This document shows positions 53,001 through 62,952 of a DNA stretch of 64,000 bases, piece after piece. The position numbers and the translations under genes were made by a program. Position 1 is the stretch's first letter, and each line of letters starts with the position of its first letter. Where the stretch lies: NCBI GenBank assembly GCA_042408215.1, contig JAYFMW010000012.1:1-64000 (forward strand). Direction: 5' to 3'. Source of the stretch: Microcoleus sp. (lineage in GTDB: Bacteria; Cyanobacteriota; Cyanobacteriia; Cyanobacteriales; Microcoleaceae). The notes under the pieces were generated by a model. That model was not told the DNA's origin, did not search any database, and saw only the letters and a program-made list of their open reading frames with translations.

Positions 53001-54345
53001 TGAGGTCGAGCATGACTTTGAGCAGATTGGGCATAAAATAATGGTGCTCAATGCCCGCAAAATGCCTCCGATCGGCGAGACTCAGATGATTCTGTTGGCG
53101 ATCGAGGATATCACCGAGCAAAAACGGTTGGAGACAGAGCGCTGCTTCCTGATCCAAGAACAATCGGCTCGTGTGGCGGCAGAGGCCGCCAACCGCGCCA
53201 AAGATGAGTTTTTGTCCATCCTCTCTCACGAACTGCGGACGCCGCTCAATGCGATGATTGGCTGGGCACAGTTGCTGCGGATGCAAAAATTTGACGCGGC
53301 TCAAACCGATCACGCGCTAAAAACGATCGAGCGCAGCGCCAAAGCACAAAACCAGCTCATCGAAGACATCTTAGACATTTCGCGGATTACCACAGGCCAG
53401 TTTCAGCTCAACCCTTCTGAAATTGAGCTGAATCCTCTGATGGAAAATGCGATCGGGGTGGTTCGTTTGGCAGCATCAGCCAAAAATCTTCAAATTGAAT
53501 CCAGGCTAAGTCCTTTAAAACAAACCCTGTTGGGCGATCCAAACCGCTTACAACAGGTGCTGTGGAATTTACTTTCAAACGCGATTAAATTCACCCCAGC
53601 CGGAGGAAGAATTGACATCACATTAGACTACATTGATGGCATGGCTCAAATCCAAATTAGCGATACTGGTAAGGGCATTGGCGCTGATTTTCTCCCCTAT
53701 GTGTTCGATCGCTTCCGTCAGGCGGATAGTAGCTACTCTCGCAGAGACTCTGGATTAGGGCTAGGACTCTCCATAGTCCGTCATTTAGTAGAGCTGCACG
53801 GCGGTACTGTGGAGGCATCAAGTTCTGGTGAAGGACAAGGATCAACGTTTACCGTCAGGTTGCCGCTACCAAAAGACATAGAAGAAAGTTCGACCCAGAG
53901 ACTTTTAGAAGCAGTAGATTCCCCAAAAGAACCCCCTGAGCCGGTTGACATTCCATCCTTGGCTGGTATAAAAGTTCTGGTTGTGGATGACGAATTAGAT
54001 ATGCGTCTGTTATTCACAACAATGCTGGAGCAGTATGGAGTTGAAGCTCACGCAGTTGCATCCACAACTGAGGCCCTCGACCTGTTGAGGGCAAATCCTG
54101 AGCAATATGATGTGCTGTTGTCTGATATCGGAATGCCGGAGCAAGACGGTTATTCGCTAATTCGTCAGATTCGGGCACTGGGTGCCGAGGCTGGGGGACA
54201 AATTCCTGCCGCCGCCCTCACCGCCTATGCTAGAGATGACGATCTGCGAAGGGCGATCGTCGCGGGTTTTCAGATGCATGTCGCTAAACCGGTTCTGTCA
54301 GCTCAATTGGCACGGATCGTGGCTTCTTTGGCTGGGCGAATTTAA
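50077..54345 (+). CDS. CheB-CheR-PAS-histidine kinase-receiver hybrid
   Basis: GIGASAGGLEA (CheB); WIAGCSTGEEAYS, ISCRNVLIY (CheR); LSHELRTPL; LLSDIGMP receiver. Confidence 0.92.
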   Translation: MNPQKSSQKSQPKAALEAEGKLQNDRDELFPVVGIGASAGGLEAFTQLLSHLPIDTGMAFAIIQHMSPDQESMLSVILARSTQMAVHEVADGMAVAPNQVYVIPPNVGMTIDRGVLKLTPRSRGSGIFMSVDTFLVSLATERGNKAIGVVLSGADGDGSRGLAAIKAAGGITFAQSEASAQVSNMPNTAVATGQVDFILTPQKIAQKIAEISRHPYIVDRPNDSAQGPGSGRAQGPGSGRDREPPGKKSIASSLAIENKEAIATIYSLLRVATGVDFTHYKQTTLKRRIQRRMLLYKLERIEEYAQYLQNNPTEVTALYHDVLIHVTSFFRDSESFEALSSKVFPEIVKDKLSQTPIRIWIAGCSTGEEAYSIAICLLEFLAERATHLPIQIYATDICETAIAKARTGFYTASQVADVSPERLHRFFVQVEGGYQIGKQVRELCVFARQNLISDPPFSRMDLISCRNVLIYLGTQLQKKLLPIFHYGLVSGGFLLLGSSETIGDCSELFTLFDKKHKLYTKKELSHRLRIDLTASNYPLTVINSAPMVTETLNDIEMEKEADRIVLNQYAPVGVVINSVSEILQFRGQTSAYLEPAPGKASFNLLKMAKEGLRLALRTAIQQAKQQHLAVERTGLQITEGESIRLVRINVIPFQAGAVSKDHFLVLFQDEPPRPASLEAADDGSVNSESQTGQSQEMARLQQELKTTKEHLESIVQEHQAANQDLRAANEEILSSNEELQSMNEELETAQEEIQATNEELNTINEELQRRNVESTNVSNDLQNLLSSINIPILMVSSDLRIRRFTPAVEGIFNLIYTDVGRSLSDITHKLNLPDLEQQILEVIRTLHWKVQEVQDRDGHWYDLRIRPYRTIDNKIDGAVVLLVDIDQLKQSTQQLMEAKIYAETIVETVREPLLVLDLNLRAIGANHAFYQKFQVQPIQTEHRSIFELGNGQWNIQSLRSLLEAILAGRGEFQDFEVEHDFEQIGHKIMVLNARKMPPIGETQMILLAIEDITEQKRLETERCFLIQEQSARVAAEAANRAKDEFLSILSHELRTPLNAMIGWAQLLRMQKFDAAQTDHALKTIERSAKAQNQLIEDILDISRITTGQFQLNPSEIELNPLMENAIGVVRLAASAKNLQIESRLSPLKQTLLGDPNRLQQVLWNLLSNAIKFTPAGGRIDITLDYIDGMAQIQISDTGKGIGADFLPYVFDRFRQADSSYSRRDSGLGLGLSIVRHLVELHGGTVEASSSGEGQGSTFTVRLPLPKDIEESSTQRLLEAVDSPKEPPEPVDIPSLAGIKVLVVDDELDMRLLFTTMLEQYGVEAHAVASTTEALDLLRANPEQYDVLLSDIGMPEQDGYSLIRQIRALGAEAGGQIPAAALTAYARDDDLRRAIVAGFQMHVAKPVLSAQLARIVASLAGRI

Positions 54346-54386
54346 ACTTAAAAAACCGGAAATCAGATCGGGGCACGGCGCCCTGT

Positions 54387-55901
54387 CCATTGGTGTCAAC
54401 TTAACATCAAACCCAGTTAGAGACTACTGTTTGACTATTAAATCTAGATCCCCCCGCATTCTTGCCCCCTACTCCCCCTTAAGAAGGGGGGGACAAGATT
54501 CTTCTCTTTCGTCCCCCCTACTCAACCCCTACTCCCCTTAAGAAGGGGGGGACAAGATTCTTCTCTTTCGTCCCCCCTACTCAACCCCTACTCAACCCCT
54601 ACTCCCCTTAAGAAGGGGGGGACAGGAGTCCGATCTTTCGTCACCCCCTACTCACCCCCTACTCCCCAACAACCAGGGGGGGACAAGAGTCTTCTCTTTC
54701 GTCCCCCCTACTCAACCCCTACTCCCTTCTTAAGGGGGGGGACAGGAGTCTTCTCAAAGTCCCCCTTCTTAAGGGGGATTTAGGGGGATCTAGACTATGC
54801 TACAAGCGAGATTTCTCAAAGGTTTTAGGCGATTGTTGACAGGAAGAAGGGCACGGTGCCGTATCCAGAGTTGCCGGCGAGTCAGATGGATTATTTTAGG
54901 GTAGGGAAAGGGCTTTGCCCATTGGTGTCAACTTAAGCTCAAACCCTGTCAGAGACTGCTGTTTGACTATTAAATCTAGATCCCCCCTAGCCCCCCTTAA
55001 GAAGGGGGGGACAGGAGTCTTCTCAAAGTCACCCCCTACTCACACCCTACTCCCTTCTTAAGGGGGGGGACAGGAGTCTTCTCAAAGTCACCCCCTACTC
55101 ACACCCTACTCCCTTCTTAAGGGGGATGCGAGGGGGATCTAGACTATGCTACACGCGAGATTTCTCAAAGGTTTTAGGCGATTGTTGACAGGAAGAAGGG
55201 CACGGTGCCGTATCCAGAGTTGCCGGCGAGTCAGATGGATTATTTTAGGGTAGGGAAAGGGCTTTGCCCATTGGTGTCAGCTTAACGTCAAACCCAGTCA
55301 GAGACTGCTGTTTGATTATTAAGGCCAGATCCCCCCTAGCCCCCCTTAAGAAGGGGGGGACAAGAGTCCGATCAAAGTCCCCCTTCTTAAGGGGGGGGAC
55401 AGGAGTCTTCTCAAAGTCCCCCTTCTTAAGGGGGATTTAGGGGGATCTAGACTATGCTACAACCGAGATTTCTCAAAGGTTTTAGGCGATTGTTGACAGG
55501 AAGAAGGGCACGGTGCCGTATCCAGAGTTGCCGGCGAGTCAGATGGATTATTTTGGGGTAGGGAAAGGGCTTTGCCCATTGGTGTCAGCTTAACGTCAAA
55601 CCCAGTCAGAGACTGCTGTTTGACTATTAAGGCCAGATCCCCCCTAGCCCCCCTTAAGAAGGGGGGGACAAGATTCCGATCAAAGTCCCCCTTCTTAAGG
55701 GGGGGGACAGGAGTCTTCTCAAAGTCACCCCCTACTCCCCTTCTTAAGGGGGATTTAGGGGGATCTAGACTATGCTACACGCGAGATTTCTCAAAGGTTT
55801 TAGGCGATTGTTGACAGGAAGAAGGGCACGGTGCCGTATCCAGAGTTGCCGGCGAGTCAGATGGATTATTTTGGGGTAGGGAAACGGCTTTGCCGTATCC
55901 T
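54387..55901. repeat. Four tandem composite MITE/REP units (~310-530 bp)
   Basis: Units start CCATTGGTGTCA(A/G)CTTAA at 54387, 54919, 55268 and 55576; shared ~130-bp tail. Confidence 0.92.
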
Positions 55902-55904
55902 AAC

Positions 55905-58900
55905 TTACTCGATCGGAAGGGCGATCGTAAATTCCGTCCCTTCTCCTAATACCGAATCACAAATCAATGTTCCGCCGTGGGTTTCTCCCACAATTTGTCG
56001 GCTAATCGACAATCCTAACCCCGTACCTTTCCCGACTCCTTTAGTCGTAAATAAGTCGTCAAAAACTCGCGCTTTCACTACTTCTGGTATTCCTTGCCCA
56101 TTGTCTTTAATTTTAATTACGATACTTTGACAATCATCACTAATTTCAGTCCCGACAGTAATCGTATTAGGCTTGGCTTTCAGTTCCGCAAAACTCAGTC
56201 CTTGATTTGATTCTTCTAGGGCATCGATCGCATTGGCCACCAGATTCATAAATACCTGATTAAGTTGTCCGGGGAAACATTGTATTAGCGGCAAGTCGCC
56301 GTATTTTTTGATGATTTTAATTTCCGGGCGCTGTTCATTTGCTTTGAGGCGATATTTCAAAATTAGCAACGTGCTGTCTATGCCTTCATGGATGTTGCAG
56401 GCCACTTTGCGATCGTAATCAGCCCTTGAGAAAGTACGCAGGCTAGTGCTGATATTGCGAATGCGATCGATCGCCACTTTCATCGAGCTAAATATCTTCG
56501 GCAAATCTTCGGTTAAAAACTCCAACTCAATATTTTCTGCACTCTCCTCTATGGCTGGTAACGGTTCGGGATAGCAGCGCTGATAGCATTCCAAATGTTT
56601 GAAAATGTATTCTATGTATTCTTCTATATTGGTGATACTACCATTGAGAAAGCCGATCGGATTGTTAATTTCGTGGGCAACTCCGGCAACTAAATTCCCC
56701 AGGGCAGACATTTTTTCACTTTGGATTAATTGAGTTTGAGCTTTTCGCAGGTCTTGCAAAGCATTTTCTAAATGTTCGTTCTGTGCTTGCGCCATTACTT
56801 TTGCCAGCGTCCGTTCCGTAGCATCAACGCCTAAACCAATAATCCCGATCGCGTTGCCTTGCGGATCTTTAATTTTGGTTTTTGTCACTTCCACATTGTG
56901 AATTTTTCCGTCCACAAATGGCAGCAATTCTACAGAAAAATGCGGCGTTTCTTGAGCTAGGCAGGCACTGTCTGAAGCTTGGCAGTTGGCTGCTATTTCG
57001 TCGCCTAAAAAGTCTCGGTAATGTTCTGATTCGATAAAACGAATTGCCGGAATTCCCACATTTTCGCAGAAGGTTTTGTTCACGAACTGAATCTGATTTT
57101 TGAGATTGCTCATCCAAATCCAAATCGGAGCAGCATTGAGAATTGCTTTCAGGGTTTCTTGTTGCTCTGCAAGTTGGGTTTCCGACTTCCGCAAGGCATT
57201 TTCAACTTGTTTGCGATCGCTGATATCTCGCACAATGGACAATGCGTGGGGTTTGCCATTGTAGATGTATGGAGTTGCTTTTACCTCAACGTCAAGCAGA
57301 GTCCCGTCTTTGCGGATGATAACTGCTTCGCAACAGAAATCCTCACCCGCTTGAATAACTTCGATGAATTCGCCAAATAAATGTAGCGAGTCTGGATGTA
57401 TGTAATCTGTCGGTTCCAGATTTAACCATTCCTGGGCTTGGTAGCCGTACATCCGGCTATTCGCTGAATTCGTGTCGATAAATTTGTTGGTTTCCAAGTC
57501 GCAGATTGTTAGCCCGTCATTGGCTGCTTCAAAAACGCTGCGGTACTGCGATTCTTGTTGCCGCAAGGCTGACTCGGCTTGTTTGCGATCGCTAATATCC
57601 CGCAAAATTGCCAATCCGTGACGCCGGCCATTGTAAGTACAAGTCGTTGCGAAAATTTCCAAATCGAAAATGGTACCATCTTTGCGTATATTGATAACTT
57701 GACATTGGAAAGGTTTGTTCGTCCGCAGAGTTTCGAGAGAGGATGCGAACAGGGACAAACTGTCAGGATGAACGTAATCGGTAGGGGCTAAGCGGACAAA
57801 TTCGTCATAGGAATAGCCGTAGATGCGAAGCACTGCTGGATTGACTTCAACGATTTCTCCCGTATCCAAATCGTTGATATAAAGGCCATCGGTGACGGAT
57901 TCAAAAATGCTGCGATATTGTTCTTTTTGGTGTGCCAGTTGAACTTGAGTTTGTTGCAGTTCAAGTAAAGATTGCTGCAACTGCTTGGAGTTTTGTTGTT
58001 CGCGAGCATAAAGACGGGCATTCTTGATGGCGATGGCCGCCTGGGATGTGAGGAGTTGCAGCAATTCCAAGCGGGCGATCGTGAAAGCACCTATTGTTAG
58101 ATTGTTTTCGAGATAAAAGATGCCGATTAACTTACCTTGATAAAAAATTGGAGCGCACACCGCCGACTTGGGTTGCTGGCGTTGGATGTAAGGATCGGTT
58201 TGGTAATTTTCTTCAGCAGCGAGATTGTTGACAACTACAGGCTTTTGAGTTATGGCGACGTCATTTATTAGCGAAATTGGCACGTCTTCGCTGGTTTCAA
58301 CGGGTGTAGATTCCAGGACAATCTCACCAAAATCTTGACCGCAATCAATGGCTTCAATAAATAGGCGATCGGACTTTTTCAAAATCAGACAGCCCTTTTC
58401 AGCGCCTGCACTTTCTAGAAGGATGTGCAGAAGAGTGCGGGGTAAATTATCTGAAGTAATTTCGCTCTGGATGGCGACTGACGCTTTCACGATCGCGACT
58501 AAATCTAGAATCCTGCTGCTGGTTGTTGTGCAGCTTGTTACCTGTGCGATGCTACTTGCAGCCGCTTGTTCGGAATAATCTGCTTTATTTTGGGTGGCGA
58601 ATATCAGCTCAGGATATTGTTGTTTCAAATGTTTTGCTTTGGCAGTATCGACGGAGCGAGCGTAACTGAAATAAGCATCAGTCATGTACGCTTTGGCAAT
58701 CTTTTTCTTGCCGATTTCTAGATAGAATTTAGCAGCGATTTCATTGACTAATGCTTCTGCTTCGATGCAACCGTTTTCGACGGCTCCTTGAATTGCCCGA
58801 TCGTACAATTCCATCGCTTCATAAGTTTGTCCCAACATCCGACAGCGTTCGGCTGCTGCCAAATCGTCCTTGTACTGAAAATTTACCGGGGTATTCTCGG

Positions 58901-59477
58901 CCCAATAATTCATGTTTTCTAGATCGGCGACCATCTTACCTGTAGTTAGAAATTTGTCAAAACATTGCTGCAAATCTGCCAACAGTCCCTGGACACTATG
59001 ATAACGGTATTCGGGATTTTTTGCCATCATTTTCGCGACAAGTTTTGCGATCGCGTCCGGTATTTCAGGATTGAATTGCTGCACGGATACAGGTTGCTTA
59101 GCCAGATCACCGTAAACGAACTCAAGAGGGTAATTGCTTTGAAAAGGCAACTGTCCCGCCAGCATTTCATAAAAAGTAACGCCGAGAGCATAGAAGTCGC
59201 TCAGGTAGTGGAGGGTGCGGTTCATTCTCCCTGTTTGTTCCGGCGACATATAAGCCTGGGTTCCTTGGCTTTGGTCGGGATTCAGCGGTGCCCCAGTTTC
59301 TTGACTGACGCGGGAAGCAATGGTATAATCAGTCAGTTTAACAATTCCGCTAATCGGGTTAATAATAATATTGGCTGGTTTAATATCTTTATGAATAAGG
59401 TCGTGTTTGTGTACATATATCAAAGCTTGTCCTAGTTGCACCGCAATCTTCAAAAAAAGCGACAGTTTTTGAGTCAT
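55905..59477 (-). CDS. Truncated Ser/Thr kinase-GAF-3xPAS-histidine kinase (HstK-like)
   Basis: IHKDIKPANII, YMSPEQTGRMNR; GAF YLENNL; PAS repeats; AHEINNP; TTKGVGKGTGLGL. Confidence 0.88.
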   Translation of the reverse strand: MTQKLSLFLKIAVQLGQALIYVHKHDLIHKDIKPANIIINPISGIVKLTDYTIASRVSQETGAPLNPDQSQGTQAYMSPEQTGRMNRTLHYLSDFYALGVTFYEMLAGQLPFQSNYPLEFVYGDLAKQPVSVQQFNPEIPDAIAKLVAKMMAKNPEYRYHSVQGLLADLQQCFDKFLTTGKMVADLENMNYWAENTPVNFQYKDDLAAAERCRMLGQTYEAMELYDRAIQGAVENGCIEAEALVNEIAAKFYLEIGKKKIAKAYMTDAYFSYARSVDTAKAKHLKQQYPELIFATQNKADYSEQAAASSIAQVTSCTTTSSRILDLVAIVKASVAIQSEITSDNLPRTLLHILLESAGAEKGCLILKKSDRLFIEAIDCGQDFGEIVLESTPVETSEDVPISLINDVAITQKPVVVNNLAAEENYQTDPYIQRQQPKSAVCAPIFYQGKLIGIFYLENNLTIGAFTIARLELLQLLTSQAAIAIKNARLYAREQQNSKQLQQSLLELQQTQVQLAHQKEQYRSIFESVTDGLYINDLDTGEIVEVNPAVLRIYGYSYDEFVRLAPTDYVHPDSLSLFASSLETLRTNKPFQCQVINIRKDGTIFDLEIFATTCTYNGRRHGLAILRDISDRKQAESALRQQESQYRSVFEAANDGLTICDLETNKFIDTNSANSRMYGYQAQEWLNLEPTDYIHPDSLHLFGEFIEVIQAGEDFCCEAVIIRKDGTLLDVEVKATPYIYNGKPHALSIVRDISDRKQVENALRKSETQLAEQQETLKAILNAAPIWIWMSNLKNQIQFVNKTFCENVGIPAIRFIESEHYRDFLGDEIAANCQASDSACLAQETPHFSVELLPFVDGKIHNVEVTKTKIKDPQGNAIGIIGLGVDATERTLAKVMAQAQNEHLENALQDLRKAQTQLIQSEKMSALGNLVAGVAHEINNPIGFLNGSITNIEEYIEYIFKHLECYQRCYPEPLPAIEESAENIELEFLTEDLPKIFSSMKVAIDRIRNISTSLRTFSRADYDRKVACNIHEGIDSTLLILKYRLKANEQRPEIKIIKKYGDLPLIQCFPGQLNQVFMNLVANAIDALEESNQGLSFAELKAKPNTITVGTEISDDCQSIVIKIKDNGQGIPEVVKARVFDDLFTTKGVGKGTGLGLSISRQIVGETHGGTLICDSVLGEGTEFTIALPIE

Positions 59478-59672
59478 CGTTCCTGACTCGCCTCTGTTAC
59501 TGTCATTCTCGGATTACTTGATTCGGTTCATGTTGTCAATAATACTCCCCCGGAGCGATCGCCCGCCGTCTCCGACGGCTGAAGCAGTCTCGCCTTTGTT
59601 CAGAAAGATGTCAGTAAGCCATAGCTGAATCAGGGGGGTTAGGGCGATCGAAACTTGGCTGTAAACGAGATT

Positions 59673-59840
59673 TATATCAATTCCGGTTGCACCGTCAGGT
59701 GATTGTTGACGGTTGACGGTTGACGGTTGACGGTTGACGGTTGACAGTTAACAGTTAACAGTTAACAGTTAACAGTTAACAGTTAACAGTTAACAGTTAA
59801 CTCAAATTTACTATTCCGATGAAGAGAGGATTTGATATTA
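59673..59840. repeat. MITE-like element carrying (GTTGACG)n/(GTTAACA)n arrays
   Basis: TATATCAA...TTGATAT ends around about 14 heptamers. Confidence 0.7.
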
Positions 59841-60080
59841 CTTGTTTTGCTGAGAGTCTAAAATTCCGCTAGACAGCATCAATCTCGGCCAAACCAACAA
59901 GAAAAAACCCATCCAAGCCAATAACGGTATCGCCACTAAAACAGTAATCCAAACAGTTTTCAAGAAAAACCAACTCCCGCAAATCAGGCTAATTCCTGTT
60001 AAAAGGATCGACCAAGGCTGACACCACCAAGGTTTATAATTCCAAGGACTAACAGGTTTTTCTTCAGAAATAGATTTCAT
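59838..60080 (-). CDS. Small conserved membrane protein
   Basis: SPWNYKPWWCQPWSILLTG plus two TM segments. Confidence 0.75.
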   Translation of the reverse strand: MKSISEEKPVSPWNYKPWWCQPWSILLTGISLICGSWFFLKTVWITVLVAIPLLAWMGFFLLVWPRLMLSSGILDSQQNK

Positions 60081-60132
60081 AATTTCAGTGAGTTTTTATA
60101 GATCATATCAGAGTTAGCTCAATTAACCTAAT

Positions 60133-60747
60133 TTAAACATTCATCACCTGTTCTGCTGTCAGCATTAATTCTGGAAAAGTCCGCGACACAATTCGTTCAC
60201 TGCCTTTAAAGGCAGTTTTTTGATAATTGCCGTCTGCATCCAAAAGGTAAACAAATACAGTCGGAACTTTCGGATTTCCCAGGAAATCTCTGCTGCCAAT
60301 TGCTAAATAATCGACAATCCAATACTCGGGAATTCCGAGGCGCTGATACTCGTCCAATTTGTCAATATAATCGTCATCCCAATTTGTTGATGTTACTTCC
60401 ACTGCCAATTGAATTGGTTCCCGCAAAGCAGCATAAGCAGAACGGTTCGAGCGCCACAAATCGCGATCGATTACGCTGACATCCGGTCTCCGCCCTTGTT
60501 CGATTCCGGCTTTAGTTACAGTTCTGATAGCTGTAGTGAGCCTGACGACATAATTTAAGTTTAGCCGTTTAATTTCATCCTTAAATGAGTCAGACGTAAA
60601 ATCAGCAACATCATCATGATTTCTTGTGGCATTCATCTCGACAATCTCTCCGTCTACCAGTTCATAGAGTCCATCTTCTGGACATTCTACAAGGAATTGG
60701 TCAAAGGTCAATTTTTTGGTGACTGTTGCAATCATAAGATTTCCCAT
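60133..60747 (-). CDS. Uma2-family endonuclease-fold protein
   Basis: YELVDGEIV; RPDVSV; AVEVTS; LGIPEYWIVD. Confidence 0.9.
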   Translation of the reverse strand: MGNLMIATVTKKLTFDQFLVECPEDGLYELVDGEIVEMNATRNHDDVADFTSDSFKDEIKRLNLNYVVRLTTAIRTVTKAGIEQGRRPDVSVIDRDLWRSNRSAYAALREPIQLAVEVTSTNWDDDYIDKLDEYQRLGIPEYWIVDYLAIGSRDFLGNPKVPTVFVYLLDADGNYQKTAFKGSERIVSRTFPELMLTAEQVMNV

Positions 60748-61019
60748 TATTTGGCAGGAATACTATTAGTCTATATTAGCACAGCCCGTAGTGAATTGCT
60801 TTTTTTGACCGCAGATGAACACAGATGAGTGCGGATGAGTGCGGCTCAGGAAAAGCTCGATCGCCCTTCTGATATTTGACACTCATATTTGACACTCATA
60901 TTTTACACTTATGGTAGAATGCGATCGCCATAGCAATTGCAGTTCCATAGGTGGCTAACTTGCTAGGCTAGAAAGTAGCAAACCTAAAAATCAAGCCACT
61001 CCCAGGTCAATCGCGAACC

Positions 61020-61682
61020 ATGAGACTAGACGAAGCCGTAGAATTTGCCGAAAACCCAGAGCCGCGTTGTCCCTGCGTCCTTTTGTTGGACACCTCCGGC
61101 TCGATGCAAGGTGCCCCCATTGATGCCTTGAATCAGGGGCTGCAAACTTTTAGAGATGATCTGATTAGAGACGAACTGGCAAAAAAGCGAGTCGAAGTCG
61201 CGATTATTTCCTTTGACAACCAGATCAAAGTCGTGCAAGATTTTGTAACGGCCGATCAATTCGAGACGCCGCTGCTGATAGCACAAGGACAAACTCATAT
61301 GGGTGGAGGTATTCAGCAAGCACTAGATCTCATCGCCGCCCGCAAATCAGAATATCGCAATAATGGTATTACTTATTATCGGCCGTGGGTATTTATGATT
61401 ACTGACGGCGAACCTCAAGGCGAATCAGACGATGTTGTAGAAATAGCATCACAGCGGATTAAAGAGGAAGAAACTAACAAGCGCGTCGCTTTTTTTGCGG
61501 TGGGAGTCGAAGGTGCTAATATCGCCCGTCTCTCGCAAATTGTTGAGCGCACGCCTGTAAAATTGAGAGGATTAGACTTTAGGGAGATGTTTATTTGGCT
61601 GTCAGCTAGTATGCAGCGAGTTTCTCACTCGAAAATTGACGAACAAGTGGCTTTACCACCTCCGGGATGGGGAACAGTTTAG
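61020..61682 (+). CDS. vWA-domain protein (TerY/YegL-like)
   Basis: LLLDTSGSM MIDAS motif; YYRPWVFMITDGEP. Confidence 0.9.
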   Translation: MRLDEAVEFAENPEPRCPCVLLLDTSGSMQGAPIDALNQGLQTFRDDLIRDELAKKRVEVAIISFDNQIKVVQDFVTADQFETPLLIAQGQTHMGGGIQQALDLIAARKSEYRNNGITYYRPWVFMITDGEPQGESDDVVEIASQRIKEEETNKRVAFFAVGVEGANIARLSQIVERTPVKLRGLDFREMFIWLSASMQRVSHSKIDEQVALPPPGWGTV

Positions 61683-61689
61683 TTATCAG

Positions 61690-62030
61690 TTATTAGTCAT
61701 TAGTCATTAGTCATTAGTCATGAGTCATTAGTCATTAGTCATTAGTCATTAGTCATTAGTCATGAGTCATTAGTCATTAGTCATTAGTCATTAGTCATTA
61801 GCAATAAACTTTGATCGAGTGACTTTAAATCCATGAATGCAGACGAATGACTAACTAATGACCAATAACTAATAACTAATAACCAAGAACCAATAACTAA
61901 TAACTAATAACTAATGACCAATAACCAATGACCAATAACCAATAACCAATAACCAATAACCAATAACCAATAACCAATAACCAATAACCAATAACCAATA
62001 ACCAATAACTAATAACTAATGACTAATGAC
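61690..62030. repeat. Convergent STRR arrays (TTAGTCA)n and (TAACTAA/TAACCAA/TGACTAA)n
   Basis: Read directly. Confidence 0.92.
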
Positions 62031-62795
62031 TCTGGACTATTGACTAATTGGCAAGTTATAGCGGCATCAGTGATGGGTACGAGTCACGAAAAGCGCTCGC
62101 AACCTTGTCAAGATGCCCATCAATGGCGGCTGTTGCCGAATGGTGTTTTGGCCGCAGCAGTTGCCGATGGTGCGGGTTCTGCAACCCTCGCAGAAGTAGG
62201 CGCTAAAATTGCTGTAGAAGCCGCTGTAGAAACGATTTGTCAGCAACAAAAAATGCTGCCTCAAACTGACGATGAATGGTACGTATTCCTGACAGCAACA
62301 CTGCAAGTCGCGCGGGCGGCTGTGGAAGCAGAAGCAGCCGTGCGGGAAGTAGCCAGTAGAGATTTAGCCTGCACTTTGATTGCGGTTGTGGCTACACCAG
62401 AATTAATCGCAGTTGCTCAAATTGGTGATGGTGCAGCGGTAGCAGGTGATAGTGCAGGAAATGCGATCGCCCTGACTATACCTCCCTGCGGCGAATACAT
62501 CAATGAAACTATTTTTTTGATTTCGCCGAATGCCGTGGAAACAGCCCAATTTCAGGTACACCGGGAAAAAATGGCGCACTTGGCTGTGTTTTCCGACGGG
62601 CTGCAAATGCTAGCTCTCAAAATCCCCGAAGGAACACCCCACGGCCCATTTTTTGCGCCTTTGTTTCGATTTTCTCGCGATTTTCAAGACGAAGTGGAAG
62701 CGAAACAACAGTTAGAATCATTTTTGCGATCGCCCCGGGTTTCCGAACGCACCGATGATGACTTAACATTATTGTTGGCAAGTTTTTCTAGTTAG
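62019..62795 (+). CDS. PP2C-like phosphatase (YegK/TerY-P type)
   Basis: GTSH...PCQDA; VADGAGSA; QIGDG; FSDGL; RTDDDLT. Confidence 0.9.
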   Translation: MTNDSGLLTNWQVIAASVMGTSHEKRSQPCQDAHQWRLLPNGVLAAAVADGAGSATLAEVGAKIAVEAAVETICQQQKMLPQTDDEWYVFLTATLQVARAAVEAEAAVREVASRDLACTLIAVVATPELIAVAQIGDGAAVAGDSAGNAIALTIPPCGEYINETIFLISPNAVETAQFQVHREKMAHLAVFSDGLQMLALKIPEGTPHGPFFAPLFRFSRDFQDEVEAKQQLESFLRSPRVSERTDDDLTLLLASFSS

Positions 62796-62952
62796 GAAGT
62801 ACACCAAAATTGAGAAGAGACATCTTGCAAAACTGAAGCTCCATCTGCGTCTATCTGCATTGATATGCGGTGAAAAATTCCACATTCTGATTTTTGTTAA
62901 AGTCTAATATCTTGTTCAAATCAGCCTTGAAAAATCTCGGAGTACCAAAACG

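Noticed and set aside
54387..55901. CRISPR array or real ORFs (54182, 55572, 55831)
   Set aside because: Units are far too long, variable parts are permutations of the same submodules, and the ORFs are repeat translations
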